In this document: one piece after another, positions 47,821 to 58,809 of the stretch
Numbering within the stretch: the first letter of the stretch is position 1
Layout of the letters: each line of letters begins with the position of its first letter
Source of the DNA: a virus
DNA length: 64,000 nucleotides
IMG/VR virus record: IMGVR_UViG_3300044633_000521
Strand: one strand, 5' to 3'
Notes under the pieces: generated by a model
Told to the model about the DNA's origin: nothing
What the model saw: only the letters and a program-made list of their open reading frames with translations
Database searches by the model: none
Translations under genes and position numbers: made by a program

Positions 47821-48607
47821 GAAAACGGATGATCCAACCAGCTGGATCAAAGCGTTCATTAACTTCTTGATAATTGTATTTTCCGGGATAGACATGGTGG
47901 CTGTGGTGATATCCTTCTCCAGCAAACAATACTGTAAAGAACAAACTATCCCAGCTGTGGTCTAGTTCGTTGTAACTGTTTGTGCCATTAAACAATTTCT
48001 TCCATCGAGGGCTGTGCGCTACAACAGTGACATAGCTCATCCCTAAAAATACATACACTGCCGGTAAAGCAAAGAAATACACAAAGTACATTGGACCAAC
48101 TAACAATAGACTAGCAGGAACCACTGACCATATTGTCCAATAGTTTTTATGAAAGAATTTGTAATCGCTATCGGCTGTTAGGTCTTTAACTATTCTGGGA
48201 CTAATAGTGCTAGTAGGGAAATGATAGAACCACAACTTAATATTGTGCCATAAACTATCAGTCAATATAAACGGATCAGTCGGACCGTCACTATCTCTAT
48301 GATGTTGACGATGCCCAGCAGCAAATCCTATACTAGTACCTAGAGTTGTTTGCGTACCTGCCCATAATAGGAATAACTTTATTAATCTATTACGCGGCTC
48401 AAATGTTCGATGACTTGCCCATTTGTGTAAACTAATACTAACTCCAACGCAAAATAATACCCAACCTATTAATAATCCCCATAAGAATAACTCTAAGTCA
48501 AAGACAAATACTAATGTAAATAATACCGTTAGATATAACAGTGATTGGACAATCAAAGTCTGCTGATAGTTTGACAAGTTTTTTACATGATAGTATAATT
48601 TAAGCAT
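47813..48607 (-). CDS. Membrane fatty-acid desaturase (delta-9-like)
   Basis: HKWASH, HRQHH, GEGYHHSHH. Confidence 0.9.
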   Translation of the reverse strand: MLKLYYHVKNLSNYQQTLIVQSLLYLTVLFTLVFVFDLELFLWGLLIGWVLFCVGVSISLHKWASHRTFEPRNRLIKLFLLWAGTQTTLGTSIGFAAGHRQHHRDSDGPTDPFILTDSLWHNIKLWFYHFPTSTISPRIVKDLTADSDYKFFHKNYWTIWSVVPASLLLVGPMYFVYFFALPAVYVFLGMSYVTVVAHSPRWKKLFNGTNSYNELDHSWDSLFFTVLFAGEGYHHSHHVYPGKYNYQEVNERFDPAGWIIRFLK

Positions 48608-48623
48608 AATTATATTTACTTAT

Positions 48624-49337
48624 ATGACAATCACTGACAAAAAATCACCATTGGTAATTATCGGCTGTAGACAAACGTGGGACTTTATAGTCGACACCTG
48701 CGCGGCCTTAGATATAGAAGTTCTGGGATTCTTAGATCAATACTATGCTGGTCGTATTGAGTCAGTCGACGGACTACCTTGCTTAGGTAGTGAACTTGAT
48801 CTAATATCAAATCCTAAAAAATTCAATGACGCTAAATTCTTTGTAGGTAACTTCTGGGATGGTAATAGTAACCTAGGCAGTGACGTCCTAAGTGGCTATC
48901 AATTACGCCTACAACGAATTAAGTTTATAGATGATCTACAGCTACCGTTACATACTTTAATAGATCCACGCAGTCTTTTAAGTAAAAATGTAGAATTCGG
49001 ACCAGGAACATTTGTTAGCCGAGGTGTAAACATCAGAGGTGGGGCACGTGTAGGCCAACATTGTAACCTATTGGACAATTCAGGTTTTGCCAACGACGTT
49101 ACAGTTGGTGACAACTGTATACTAAGTGCTGGTGCGTACTTAATGAGCAATGTTATCTTGGGCAATAATGTTTATGTGGGTACTAAGGCCACAGTGTTAA
49201 ATGGACATAGTGCTAAACAGCCTAACGTAACGATTGGCGACAATTGTAAAATTTACGCACATGAACTGGTAACAAAAGACATGGAGCCTGGAACTACTGC
49301 GGCCTATGGAAAATTATTAAAAAGAACTGATCTGTGA
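48624..49337 (+). CDS. Sugar acetyltransferase, NeuD/PglD-like
   Basis: N-terminal Rossmann-like domain plus hexapeptide repeats. Confidence 0.8.
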   Translation: MTITDKKSPLVIIGCRQTWDFIVDTCAALDIEVLGFLDQYYAGRIESVDGLPCLGSELDLISNPKKFNDAKFFVGNFWDGNSNLGSDVLSGYQLRLQRIKFIDDLQLPLHTLIDPRSLLSKNVEFGPGTFVSRGVNIRGGARVGQHCNLLDNSGFANDVTVGDNCILSAGAYLMSNVILGNNVYVGTKATVLNGHSAKQPNVTIGDNCKIYAHELVTKDMEPGTTAAYGKLLKRTDL

Positions 49338-50407
49338 TATTATTATTCAATGTAAAAATTACCAGCCAAGGACTAAGTTATTATCATCGCAGTGACTGGT
49401 TACCTAAATATAGTCGAATGGACATATTTAAATATTGCCTGGCTAGTTACGCAGCAATGCTACCAGTAATTTCTAAATGTATTTTCTACATTCAAATTGA
49501 AGCTGAGTTTGCTAATCGTAAACAAGAGCTAGAAGAATATATCTACACGTTGTTTCCTGATGTAGAGCTACATTGGCACCGTATCAATCATACCAGAGAC
49601 TGGCGTACACTATGCGAACAGTTTACAGATGACAATGAACTAATCTTCTTTGCTGGCAATGACGACCATATCTTCATTGACAGTAGTTTGGATATGCTAC
49701 GTGCTGGTATTAAAAATCTACAACAAGACCCTAATCCCTACAGTGTAATCTATTACAGCCATTGGCCTGAACAGATGCGATTGAGTAAGCACCATAACTG
49801 TGAACTTACAGCAGATGGGAACTATGTCAAATATACTTGGCGTACCTTTGATGCTATACGTATTCTTAAGGTAGCACGCTTTAAGAAGTATTGGGCAGAC
49901 AATGAATACGGCGATGAAGTGGTATTCCGCACAGATACACTGTGGCACAAAGGTTACGAGCTAACCGCTCCAGTATACGCACCATTGCGCGAGCTAGTCA
50001 GACATTACGACGGATACAGTCACGTAAGCCCACAGATAATTAACGTTGCTCCGCCGTTGGTTATCCCGGATGGCTTCTTTGGTACTGGTATGGAAATACG
50101 TATCGGCTACACTGAAAGAGATAACACCTGGACTAATTTTAATCCTACTAGCCAATGGCTCTATGCTGCCCAACCCACAGGTACTGATTATCGTTGGGTT
50201 CAAGAAGATATTCCTTTATTTTGGAAGGATAAGATTGTTTGGGTTGACACAAATGAAGACTATGATCAACTAGCAATGAAACAAGCACGTGATGCAGCCT
50301 ATATAGCTAGCACACGTGTACCTATGCATTGTTATAGCACCGACTTTGATCATACCAATAGCATACCAGTTGAATGGCTAACTCCACATTTGAGATCACG
50401 TGGCTAA
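49334..50407 (+). CDS. Hypothetical, glycosyltransferase-like
   Basis: GNDDHIF DxD-like motif; cluster context. Confidence 0.45.
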   Translation: MILLFNVKITSQGLSYYHRSDWLPKYSRMDIFKYCLASYAAMLPVISKCIFYIQIEAEFANRKQELEEYIYTLFPDVELHWHRINHTRDWRTLCEQFTDDNELIFFAGNDDHIFIDSSLDMLRAGIKNLQQDPNPYSVIYYSHWPEQMRLSKHHNCELTADGNYVKYTWRTFDAIRILKVARFKKYWADNEYGDEVVFRTDTLWHKGYELTAPVYAPLRELVRHYDGYSHVSPQIINVAPPLVIPDGFFGTGMEIRIGYTERDNTWTNFNPTSQWLYAAQPTGTDYRWVQEDIPLFWKDKIVWVDTNEDYDQLAMKQARDAAYIASTRVPMHCYSTDFDHTNSIPVEWLTPHLRSRG

Positions 50408-51140
50408 CTTAATAAAAACATTTCGTGGCTTTAGCGGCAATCAAATATTCCTAATGGAAAACGAGCAGGGCTTGTTTGTTAGGAAAGTTGGGGCAGTTGG
50501 CCGAAACGTAGAACGACTAACAGCCTTAAGATTAGGTGGATATCCTGTGCCTTATATAATTAGGAATAGTGATATTACCCTAGACATGGAATACATACAC
50601 GGCCTAGATATTAAAACATATCTTAAGAGCCATCAACCTAATCGTCTACTACAATTTTTAATTGAACTTATAGCACAACTAATGGGAGATCAATCGCTTA
50701 AAGACTATACCGAAGTTTATAAATCTAAACTATCTGAAATAGACTTTACTCTACTACCATTTACTGCTGAAGAACTTATAGCCAGATTGCCCACACACTT
50801 ACCACATAGCAATTATGTAGGTGACCTGACATTAGAAAATATCATTTACACAGAAGGTGGATTTTATCTAATTGACTGTGCTACTATAGAATATGACAGT
50901 TACGTATTTGACATTGCTAAATTGTGTCAAGACTTGGATTTACATTGGTTTACTCGTAACGATGATATTGTATTAGATGTTAAAACAAATTACATCAGTC
51001 AGCAACTTAAGTTATGCTATCCAGAAGCAGATAATGATTACTTGTTAATCCTAATGCTACTACGTGTTTATAGACATGCTCAACGAGGTACGTTTGAGCA
51101 TATATTTTTATTAGAAGGAATTAAACGATTATGGAAATAA
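50400..51140 (+). CDS. APH/choline-kinase-like phosphotransferase
   Basis: G.SG, MEYIHG, GDLTLENII, LID, DIAKL. Confidence 0.75.
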   Translation: MANLIKTFRGFSGNQIFLMENEQGLFVRKVGAVGRNVERLTALRLGGYPVPYIIRNSDITLDMEYIHGLDIKTYLKSHQPNRLLQFLIELIAQLMGDQSLKDYTEVYKSKLSEIDFTLLPFTAEELIARLPTHLPHSNYVGDLTLENIIYTEGGFYLIDCATIEYDSYVFDIAKLCQDLDLHWFTRNDDIVLDVKTNYISQQLKLCYPEADNDYLLILMLLRVYRHAQRGTFEHIFLLEGIKRLWK

Positions 51141-52153
51141 TTGTACCAGCCGCAGGATTAAGTACACGCTTTCCGGGTATGCGCCCTAAGTACAGTCTTG
51201 CTGACTATACTGGTGACATGATGTTTGAACGTAGTATTGCTCCTTACCTGGGTAAGCATCACATCACAATAGGGTTGATAGAAGAAAATGAACAACGGTA
51301 TTCGGTTGTAGATTATATTCTAGACAAATATCCCAACGACATTACTGTTATTGTTTTACCTAATCGTACAACTGGCCCAGCCGACACAGTATATCAGATC
51401 ATCAAAGCCGCAGAAATTGCCCCAAGTACGGAGATATTAGTTAAAGACTGCGATAGTTTCTTTAACCACGAATACCAAGAAGGCAATTATGTCTGTGTAA
51501 GCAGTATTAAAGATCACGACGTGCTTAAGAAGTTAGGCAGTAAAAGTTTTATTATCAGCAACGATCAAGGTATTATTACTAGCATTATTGAAAAACAAGT
51601 GATCAGTGATAAATTCTGCGTTGGCGGCTATAAGTTTGCTAGTGCTAGTATGTTTGTTGACGCATATAATCGCCTTAATGCGGCTAATGTAAAAGAAATC
51701 TTTGTTAGCCACGTTATCGAACAGTGCCTAAATGATCAACACATTTTTAAAGAATCATTAGTCACTGACTATGACGATGTGGGCACCGCTGAAGATTGGT
51801 TTGAGTATAATGACAAAGCAGTGGTGTTCTGTGATATAGACGGTACAATTATTGTGGCGCAGAATCGTATGAAGGATGATCCAGTTACACCATTGCCTAA
51901 AAACATTGAACGAGTTAAACAACTAGTAGCCAACGGCGGCCAATTAATCTTTACCACAGCTAGGCCCGAAAGCCGTCGCAAAGAGGATATCGCCATGCTT
52001 AAGAGCTTGGGCTTTGTTGACTTTGAATTAATCAGTGGGTTAAAGAATGTTAAACGTATCCTTATTAATGATTATAATGAAGCAAATCGGTATCCGCGTG
52101 CTATTGCTGTTAATTTAAAACGTGATAGTGATAATTTAACAGATTTTATTTGA
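51131..52153 (+). CDS. Nucleotidyltransferase fused to HAD phosphatase
   Basis: PAAGLSTRF...PK; DVGT; CDIDGTI. Confidence 0.85.
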   Translation: MEIIVPAAGLSTRFPGMRPKYSLADYTGDMMFERSIAPYLGKHHITIGLIEENEQRYSVVDYILDKYPNDITVIVLPNRTTGPADTVYQIIKAAEIAPSTEILVKDCDSFFNHEYQEGNYVCVSSIKDHDVLKKLGSKSFIISNDQGIITSIIEKQVISDKFCVGGYKFASASMFVDAYNRLNAANVKEIFVSHVIEQCLNDQHIFKESLVTDYDDVGTAEDWFEYNDKAVVFCDIDGTIIVAQNRMKDDPVTPLPKNIERVKQLVANGGQLIFTTARPESRRKEDIAMLKSLGFVDFELISGLKNVKRILINDYNEANRYPRAIAVNLKRDSDNLTDFI

Positions 52154-52178
52154 CTTATTCACAGATATAAGGTATACT
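52150..52178 (+). promoter_or_regulatory. Sigma70-type promoter
   Basis: TTGACT-N17-TATACT, 6 nt before ATG. Confidence 0.7.
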
Positions 52179-52184
52179 AATTAT

Positions 52185-52424
52185 ATGAAATATACACAAG
52201 AAGAAATCATACAACTTGCTAAAGAAGTAGAACTTAGTGATGAAATTGATTGGGAAGGCCTACCTTTAGAAAAGGACAGGATCTATCAATTAGTTGGCAG
52301 TCAAGCGTATGAGTTATATCAACATTACACGCAAAGTGACGATGGCGAAGCAATATTGTTAGCAACAGTAACTAAACTGTTAGTAGAGAATTTTGTATTA
52401 AATCTAAAAGTAAACTCAATCTAA
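52185..52424 (+). CDS. Hypothetical protein
   Basis: ORF at promoter start site. Confidence 0.7.
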   Translation: MKYTQEEIIQLAKEVELSDEIDWEGLPLEKDRIYQLVGSQAYELYQHYTQSDDGEAILLATVTKLLVENFVLNLKVNSI

Positions 52425-52434
52425 GGAGAGCAAC

Positions 52435-52629
52435 ATGGCAAAAACAAACGCAACATTTAAATTTGGTAAAATGAACAAGATTCAATTGGGTGGGATATTA
52501 GATCCAGAGGCACGTCGCATTTATAAAAACGCAATGGTTGATGCTCAGTCAAGTTTTACGGCCAGCAAAAATCGTAAGTTTAGTGAATTGCGTTCTAGCA
52601 ATACTCCGCAATTACCTAAGGCTGAATAA
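52435..52629 (+). CDS. Hypothetical protein
   Basis: AAGGAG SD. Confidence 0.7.
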   Translation: MAKTNATFKFGKMNKIQLGGILDPEARRIYKNAMVDAQSSFTASKNRKFSELRSSNTPQLPKAE

Positions 52630-52630
52630 T

Positions 52631-53917
52631 ATGGATTATAAAGTCGCAGACATTGGCCTAGCCGCATGGGGCCATAAAGAAATAGCAATTGCGGAAACGG
52701 AAATGCCGGGATTAATGGCAGTTAGAGAAGAATACCGACTACAGCAACCACTTGCGGGTGCTCGTATCGTAGGGTCATTACATATGACTATTCAAACTGC
52801 GGTGCTAGTACAGACACTTATCGCCTTAGGTGCTGATGTACGCTGGTCAAGCTGTAACATCTTTAGTACACAGGATCATGCGGCAGCTGCCTTAGCTGAA
52901 CAAGGTGTTCCTGTGTATGCGTGGAAAGGTGAAACAGAAGCTGATTACTGGTGGTGTATTGAACAGACAATCAGTGGTAAAGAAGGTTGGACACCAAATA
53001 TGATCTTAGATGACGGCCATGACCTAACTTGGTATATTCATCAAAACTATCCAAACTTACTAGCAGGCATTCGCGGAGTTACAGAAGAAACCACAACAGG
53101 TATCCATAAGATCAACGAAGCTATTGCCAACGGCAGTTTTAAACTACGTGCTATTAACGTTAACGATAGTGTAACTAAAACTAAATTTGATAACTTATAC
53201 GGATGTCGTGAAAGTTTAGTTGATGGTATTAAACGTGCTACTGATGTTATGATCGCAGGCAAGATTGCTGTGGTAGCAGGGTTTGGAGATGTGGGCAAAG
53301 GTAGTGCGGCTGCATTACGTGCCTTAAGTGCTCAGGTTTGGGTAACTGAAGTAGATCCAATCTGCGCACTACAGGCCGCAATGGAAGGCTATCGTGTGGT
53401 TACTATGGACTATGCCGCAGACAAAGCAGACATCTTTGTAACAGCCACAGGTAACATCAACGTTATCACTCACGATCATATGACGGCTATGAAGAACAAT
53501 GCTATCGTATGTAACATTGGTCACTTTGACAGCGAGATTGACATTGCTAGTATTGCTGGCTACGAGTGGGATGAGATTAAACCACAGGTAGATCATGTGA
53601 CCATGCCAAGTGGCCGTAAGATTATTGTTCTAGCCAAAGGTCGACTAGTAAACTTAGGTTGTGGTACAGGACATCCTAGCTTTGTTATGTCAAACAGCTT
53701 TACTAATCAAGTGTTAGCACAAATTGAAATGTTCCAGAACTGGGAAGACTACAATACTGGTAGTATTCATTTGTTGCCTAAACACCTAGATGAAAAAGTG
53801 GCTAAACTACACCTAGCACAAATTGGTGCGCAACTAACAGAGTTGTCAACGGATCAGGCTAACTATATTGGCGTTAGAGTTGAAGGACCGTTCAAACCAG
53901 ACACTTATCGCTATTAA
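52631..53917 (+). CDS. ahcY: S-adenosylhomocysteine hydrolase
   Basis: [48 protein letters not shown] end. Confidence 0.98.
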   Translation: MDYKVADIGLAAWGHKEIAIAETEMPGLMAVREEYRLQQPLAGARIVGSLHMTIQTAVLVQTLIALGADVRWSSCNIFSTQDHAAAALAEQGVPVYAWKGETEADYWWCIEQTISGKEGWTPNMILDDGHDLTWYIHQNYPNLLAGIRGVTEETTTGIHKINEAIANGSFKLRAINVNDSVTKTKFDNLYGCRESLVDGIKRATDVMIAGKIAVVAGFGDVGKGSAAALRALSAQVWVTEVDPICALQAAMEGYRVVTMDYAADKADIFVTATGNINVITHDHMTAMKNNAIVCNIGHFDSEIDIASIAGYEWDEIKPQVDHVTMPSGRKIIVLAKGRLVNLGCGTGHPSFVMSNSFTNQVLAQIEMFQNWEDYNTGSIHLLPKHLDEKVAKLHLAQIGAQLTELSTDQANYIGVRVEGPFKPDTYRY

Positions 53918-53935
53918 TCTAGCCAAAAAGTAAAG

Positions 53936-53962
53936 AAAAAGGCATCTTATGGTGCCTTTTTT
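53936..53962 (+). terminator. Rho-independent terminator
   Basis: GGCATC-TTAT-GGTGCC-T6. Confidence 0.85.
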
Positions 53963-54031
53963 GTTGACTATTGATTCAATTGGTGTTACTATTGTAGAGT
54001 AAGAGTTTATAATCAATTAAGGAATTATATA

Positions 54032-54187
54032 ATGTTTGAATCAATTGAAATTCGTAAGGTAACTAACGGTTTTATTGTTATCCTAAACACAGAAGACGAA
54101 GCAAAAGAGTTTGTGTTTGATACAAGCCGTAAAGCAATTAAATTTATTAAAGAATACGTTGAAGCCAAAGTTGCCCAAACGGCATAA
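54032..54187 (+). CDS. Hypothetical protein, 51 aa (absent from ORF track)
   Basis: MFESIEIRKVTNGFIV...; AAGGA SD; TTGACT-N17-TACTAT at 53964-53992. Confidence 0.7.
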   Translation: MFESIEIRKVTNGFIVILNTEDEAKEFVFDTSRKAIKFIKEYVEAKVAQTA

Positions 54188-54255
54188 TTTTTCCACTGAA
54201 TAGTGTTAAAATAAATACGTTATAGCAAGAAATTCAACGAAAAGTGGAGAAATCA

Positions 54256-55284
54256 ATGTCAAAGACCGTTCTAGTAACTGGCGGCGCAGGCTTTATCGCG
54301 CACCACGTTATTGAAAACCTATTAAGAAATACCGATTGGAATATTGTAAGTTTAGATCGCCTAGACTTTAGTGGCAACTTAAATCGCCTAAGTGATATGA
54401 TGGCAAACTTCGATACAGAAACACGCAAACGTGTTAAAGTTGTGTTCCATGATCTACGTGCTGAATTAAATCCAATGGTTGCTCGCGACATTGGTGACGT
54501 TAACTACATCCTACACCTGGCGGCAGGATCGCACGTTGATCGCTCAATTGAGTTCCCAATGGAGTTTGTTTGGGACAATGTGGTTGGCACAGGCCACATC
54601 TTAGAGTTTGCTCGCAAACTACCTAACCTAGAACGCTTTATCTACTTCTCAACAGATGAAGTATTTGGTCCAGCACCAAATGGCGTAAACTACGGTGAGC
54701 GTGATCGTTACAATAGTTCAAATCCATACTCAGCAACCAAAGCCGGCGGTGAAGAATTAGCTGTAGCGTTTGAAAATACCTACAAGATGCCTATTTACAT
54801 TACACATACAATGAATGTGTTTGGTCAACGTCAACACCCAGAAAAGTTTATTCCAATGTGTATTCGTAAGGTAAATGATGGCGATGCTATTACTATCCAC
54901 AGCGACAGCACACGTACAATTCCAGGCAGTCGTTTTTACATCCATGCCGCAGACGTAGCTGATGCTATGTTCTTCTTGCTAGGCCTAGACTCAACTAAAC
55001 TTAAACCAGACTACGGTGATGCTAAATGTCCTAAGTTCAATCTAGTAGGCAAGCAAGAGATCAACAACTTACAGTTGGCACAGATCATCGCTGATGCTCA
55101 GGGCAAAGAACTTAAGTATGAAATGGTCGACTTCCATAGCAGTCGTCCAGGGCATGACCTACGTTACGCACTAAGCGGTGACTACATGCGTGAATTGGGT
55201 TGGGAACCTAAGGTTAGCCTAACAGAACGTATCGGTGAAGTAGTACAATGGACACTTGACAATGAGAGATGGTTACGATGCTAA
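54256..55284 (+). CDS. dTDP-glucose 4,6-dehydratase-like (RfbB/RmlB family)
   Basis: TGGAGFI, SHVDRSI, STDEV, YSATK, RPGHDLRY. Confidence 0.92.
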   Translation: MSKTVLVTGGAGFIAHHVIENLLRNTDWNIVSLDRLDFSGNLNRLSDMMANFDTETRKRVKVVFHDLRAELNPMVARDIGDVNYILHLAAGSHVDRSIEFPMEFVWDNVVGTGHILEFARKLPNLERFIYFSTDEVFGPAPNGVNYGERDRYNSSNPYSATKAGGEELAVAFENTYKMPIYITHTMNVFGQRQHPEKFIPMCIRKVNDGDAITIHSDSTRTIPGSRFYIHAADVADAMFFLLGLDSTKLKPDYGDAKCPKFNLVGKQEINNLQLAQIIADAQGKELKYEMVDFHSSRPGHDLRYALSGDYMRELGWEPKVSLTERIGEVVQWTLDNERWLRC

Positions 55285-55940
55285 TTGATATTTTTAATAA
55301 TTTAGAGCGACACTGTGGTAAATGGAGTCATTACTTTGACATCTATGAACAACACTTCAGCAAGTATGTTGGCCGCAAACCTGTAGTAGTTGAAGTTGGT
55401 ATCTGTCGTGGTGGCAGTGCTGAAATGTGGCAAAAGTATTACGGCGATGGCGCAACTATTGTTGGTATTGACATTGATCCTAATGCGTTTAAACCCGAGC
55501 ACCAAACTCCGGGTTGTATTCAGGTCAACGGTAACCAAGGCGATCCTACGTTCTGGGACGAGTTCTTAAAAGAATACCCCGTTATTGATGTGTTCTTAGA
55601 CGATGGTAGTCATCGTGTAGATCATCAGATCCTAACCTTACAAAAGGTATGGCCACATATCAGCCAAGGTGGTGTTTATATGTGTGAAGATACACACACT
55701 AACTATTGGCCAGAATATGGTGGCGGACTTAAAAATCCTAGCACATTCTTACAGTATGCTAAACTAGTATCAGACACTATGAATAGTAGCTATTACAAAG
55801 GTATGGACCAGCATCCAGACAATATGATGTTTGCTGACTTCTACAAAGATCTAGTAGGCATGCACTTCTATGACAGCGTAGTAGTAATGGACAAAAATGT
55901 CAAACAACCAATCACTAACCTATTGAGTACACCAGTATGA
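55278..55940 (+). CDS. SAM-dependent sugar O-methyltransferase-like protein
   Basis: KW.HYF.IYE, EVG...GGS, LDDGSH, GGVY..ED. Confidence 0.85.
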   Translation: MLIDIFNNLERHCGKWSHYFDIYEQHFSKYVGRKPVVVEVGICRGGSAEMWQKYYGDGATIVGIDIDPNAFKPEHQTPGCIQVNGNQGDPTFWDEFLKEYPVIDVFLDDGSHRVDHQILTLQKVWPHISQGGVYMCEDTHTNYWPEYGGGLKNPSTFLQYAKLVSDTMNSSYYKGMDQHPDNMMFADFYKDLVGMHFYDSVVVMDKNVKQPITNLLSTPV

Positions 55941-56677
55941 GTAAACACACAGTTCTAATTACATCGGCGGTATACAGTAACTATGGTATCTATACACCAG
56001 AACAACGTATACAACAAACATTGGATACAGCACGTAGCGCACGTAAGTATCTACCGGACGCAACAGTAATCTTAGTTGACAACAGCAAAGTTGATGTACA
56101 AAACGACGATAGTCCCGAGTTCAATGAACTACTAGATACAGTCGACTACTATATTGACAACAGCGATGATAAAGATATTCAATACTTCCATAACAATGTT
56201 CAAAACTTTGACATTGGTAAAAATGCTATGGAATGTTTGGGTATGGCCAAGGCCTTAGCATACATCCAGTCTGATGAGGATATCATGAAAGATATCAATG
56301 AGTCAGCACGTATTTTTAAACTAAGTGGTCGTTATCTATTAACTGATAAATTTGATATCACTAAGTTTGACAACGAAGATACCAAAGACAAGTATGTGTT
56401 TAAGAAAGCACAAGCGGCTTGGATTCCCCAAGCAGAAACAGGCACAAACATTTTGTTACAAACACGTTTGTGGTCATTTACTCCAAGTTTATTAGTCGAC
56501 ACAGCAGTTTTGTTTAAGACTATTCTTGACAATATGTTTGCTACATTTAATCAACAAAAATATATTGATGTTGAGCACAGCATGGGCAAATATATTCCTA
56601 AAGACCAATTAGTTGAACTTGAGTCAGTTGGCCTTCAAGGCAACATTGCTCCAAATGGCATGATGATTATTGACTAA
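55937..56677 (+). CDS. Hypothetical, glycosyltransferase-like
   Basis: ITSA, R..QT..T, FKLSGRY motifs; cluster context. Confidence 0.5.
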   Translation: MSKHTVLITSAVYSNYGIYTPEQRIQQTLDTARSARKYLPDATVILVDNSKVDVQNDDSPEFNELLDTVDYYIDNSDDKDIQYFHNNVQNFDIGKNAMECLGMAKALAYIQSDEDIMKDINESARIFKLSGRYLLTDKFDITKFDNEDTKDKYVFKKAQAAWIPQAETGTNILLQTRLWSFTPSLLVDTAVLFKTILDNMFATFNQQKYIDVEHSMGKYIPKDQLVELESVGLQGNIAPNGMMIID

Positions 56678-57603
56678 TGAAAAACATCTTAATCATTGGC
56701 GGTAATGGTTACGTTGGATCTAGACTTAAACAAGTATTAGCACCAATCTACACTGTGGCTAGTGTAGACTGTTGCTGGTACAATTATGATAACGACTCAC
56801 GTAGACTTGACTACCACAAACTTGATTCAACATACCTAGGTCAATTTGATGCTGTGGTACTCTTAGCAGGACATAGTAGTGTGGCCAGTTGTGTTGGTCC
56901 TATTCAAGGTCCCTGGTTAAACAACGTTACTAACTTTACTGATCTAGTAGCCAAACTAAGTTTTAACGGTATTCCTTTAATTTACGCTAGTTCAGCTAGT
57001 GTCTATGGTAATAGTGAGCCAGGGCAACTGTTCACAGAAGCCAATCGTCAGTTCATTCCTGTAAACAACTATGACATTACCAAATATACTTTAGACCTAG
57101 AAGCTAAGATTGCTATCAGTAACGGACATACAGTAATGGGTCTACGTTTTGGTACAGTAAATGGTTGGGCACCCAACCTACGTGCTGATGTTATGATTAA
57201 TGCCATGTACGATGCTGCCAGAACACAAGGTAAGATCACAGTAACCAACAAGCACATCAATCGTGCCTTGCTGGGTATAGAAGATTTATGCCGCGGCATT
57301 ACACATTGTATAGAACGACCTACTCCTGGTATTTACAATATGGCTAGTTTCAATGCTACTGTTGAATCGATAGCCAACACTGTAGCTAAGGAACTGGCTG
57401 TGAGTGTAGTTGACAAAGGCACAACCGCTAATGCCTACGACTTTGGCCTAGATACTACCTTATTTGAACAAACGTTTGGCTTTACATTTACTGAAACACC
57501 TGCTACAATAGTAGACAGCTTAATAAAAAAGTACAGTGAGTCGCACGTTGAACGTCGCGACAACTATATGATATATCAATGGGAAAAAGAATATGATCGA
57601 TAA
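56677..57603 (+). CDS. NAD-dependent epimerase/reductase
   Basis: GGNGYVG, YASSASVYG, YDITK. Confidence 0.88.
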   Translation: MKNILIIGGNGYVGSRLKQVLAPIYTVASVDCCWYNYDNDSRRLDYHKLDSTYLGQFDAVVLLAGHSSVASCVGPIQGPWLNNVTNFTDLVAKLSFNGIPLIYASSASVYGNSEPGQLFTEANRQFIPVNNYDITKYTLDLEAKIAISNGHTVMGLRFGTVNGWAPNLRADVMINAMYDAARTQGKITVTNKHINRALLGIEDLCRGITHCIERPTPGIYNMASFNATVESIANTVAKELAVSVVDKGTTANAYDFGLDTTLFEQTFGFTFTETPATIVDSLIKKYSESHVERRDNYMIYQWEKEYDR

Positions 57604-58807
57604 CGCAAAAGAGCTCACTGAATGCTTATGTTGCGGCAGTAAGCAATTAGAACTAACCTTAGACTTGGGCGTTCAACCGATGGCAAACAGTTTCATTAAT
57701 ACAGAAGATGAAGCTGAATTGACTTTCCCGTTGGTTCTAAATCGTTGTACAGAATGTAGTCACTTACAATTAAGTCATGCGGTTAACCCAGACTTACTAT
57801 TCCGTAACTACCTATATGTAAGTGGTACTAGTCAAACACTTCGTGATTATTTTGATTGGTTTGCTAATTACAGTTTAGAATTTTTTACAGAGAAACCAAA
57901 GTCGGTGTTAGACATTGCCTGTAACGATGGTACACAATTAGATTCATTTAAGAAGGTTGGGCTAACAACCTACGGTGTTGATCCTGCTACTAATCTACAT
58001 CCAATTAGCAGTAAGAATCATGAAGTTATCTTAGATTACTTTACTGCTGAACACGTAGCGGGATTAAAAGCTAAACATATTGATATTATTAATGCACAGA
58101 ATGTATTTGCTCATAATAGCTATCCGTTGGACTTTTTACTACAATGTAAAGAAATCATGCACGACAGTAGTGTACTGTTTATTCAAACTAGTCAAGCCGA
58201 CATGGTTAAGAACAACGAGTTTGACACTATCTATCACGAACACCTAAGTTTCTTCTGTGCGAACAGCATGAATGAACTGGCTCGACGTGCTGGCTTATAT
58301 CTAATAGATATTACTAAAACACCTATCCATGGTAACAGCTATGTATTCGTGTTTAGTAAAGTAGCAGGCGATGCTAGCCGGGTAGAACAAGTCTTAGCCG
58401 AAGAGCGTGCGCAAGGTTTACAAGATCCGCAGACTTACATTGAGTATGCCCGTAAGGCCCAACAGGTGGTAGTTGACTTGAAAGAAACAATTAAAGAATA
58501 CCGTGGCCGAGGTTATGTTATTGCTGGTTATGGTGCCGCTGCTAAGGGTATGACCTTAGTTAACTTCGGTGACATACACTTAGACTTTATCATCGACGAC
58601 AATCCACTCAAACAAGGTAAGTTTACTCCAGGTACGCATGATCCTGTTGAGTCAATTGATGTACTAGATGAGTGTCAGGATCTTAATGTAGCATTTGTTC
58701 CTTTAGCATGGAACTTCTTCACAGAGATAAGTACAAAGATCAAAACAAAACGTGATAAACAAGGCGATGTGTTTATCCGTTATTTCCCAACTATAAAGGT
58801 AGAATAA
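57593..58807 (+). CDS. NDP-hexose C-methyltransferase
   Basis: Zn site CLCC/CTEC, LG.QP.AN, NDGT.L, FDTIYHEH, YGAAAKG. Confidence 0.92.
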   Translation: MIDNAKELTECLCCGSKQLELTLDLGVQPMANSFINTEDEAELTFPLVLNRCTECSHLQLSHAVNPDLLFRNYLYVSGTSQTLRDYFDWFANYSLEFFTEKPKSVLDIACNDGTQLDSFKKVGLTTYGVDPATNLHPISSKNHEVILDYFTAEHVAGLKAKHIDIINAQNVFAHNSYPLDFLLQCKEIMHDSSVLFIQTSQADMVKNNEFDTIYHEHLSFFCANSMNELARRAGLYLIDITKTPIHGNSYVFVFSKVAGDASRVEQVLAEERAQGLQDPQTYIEYARKAQQVVVDLKETIKEYRGRGYVIAGYGAAAKGMTLVNFGDIHLDFIIDDNPLKQGKFTPGTHDPVESIDVLDECQDLNVAFVPLAWNFFTEISTKIKTKRDKQGDVFIRYFPTIKVE

Positions 58808-58809
58808 GA

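Noticed and set aside
52424-52631. SAH riboswitch upstream of ahcY
   Set aside because: No GAGGAGCG...CAGGCTC...CGCTC pattern; the region is coding.
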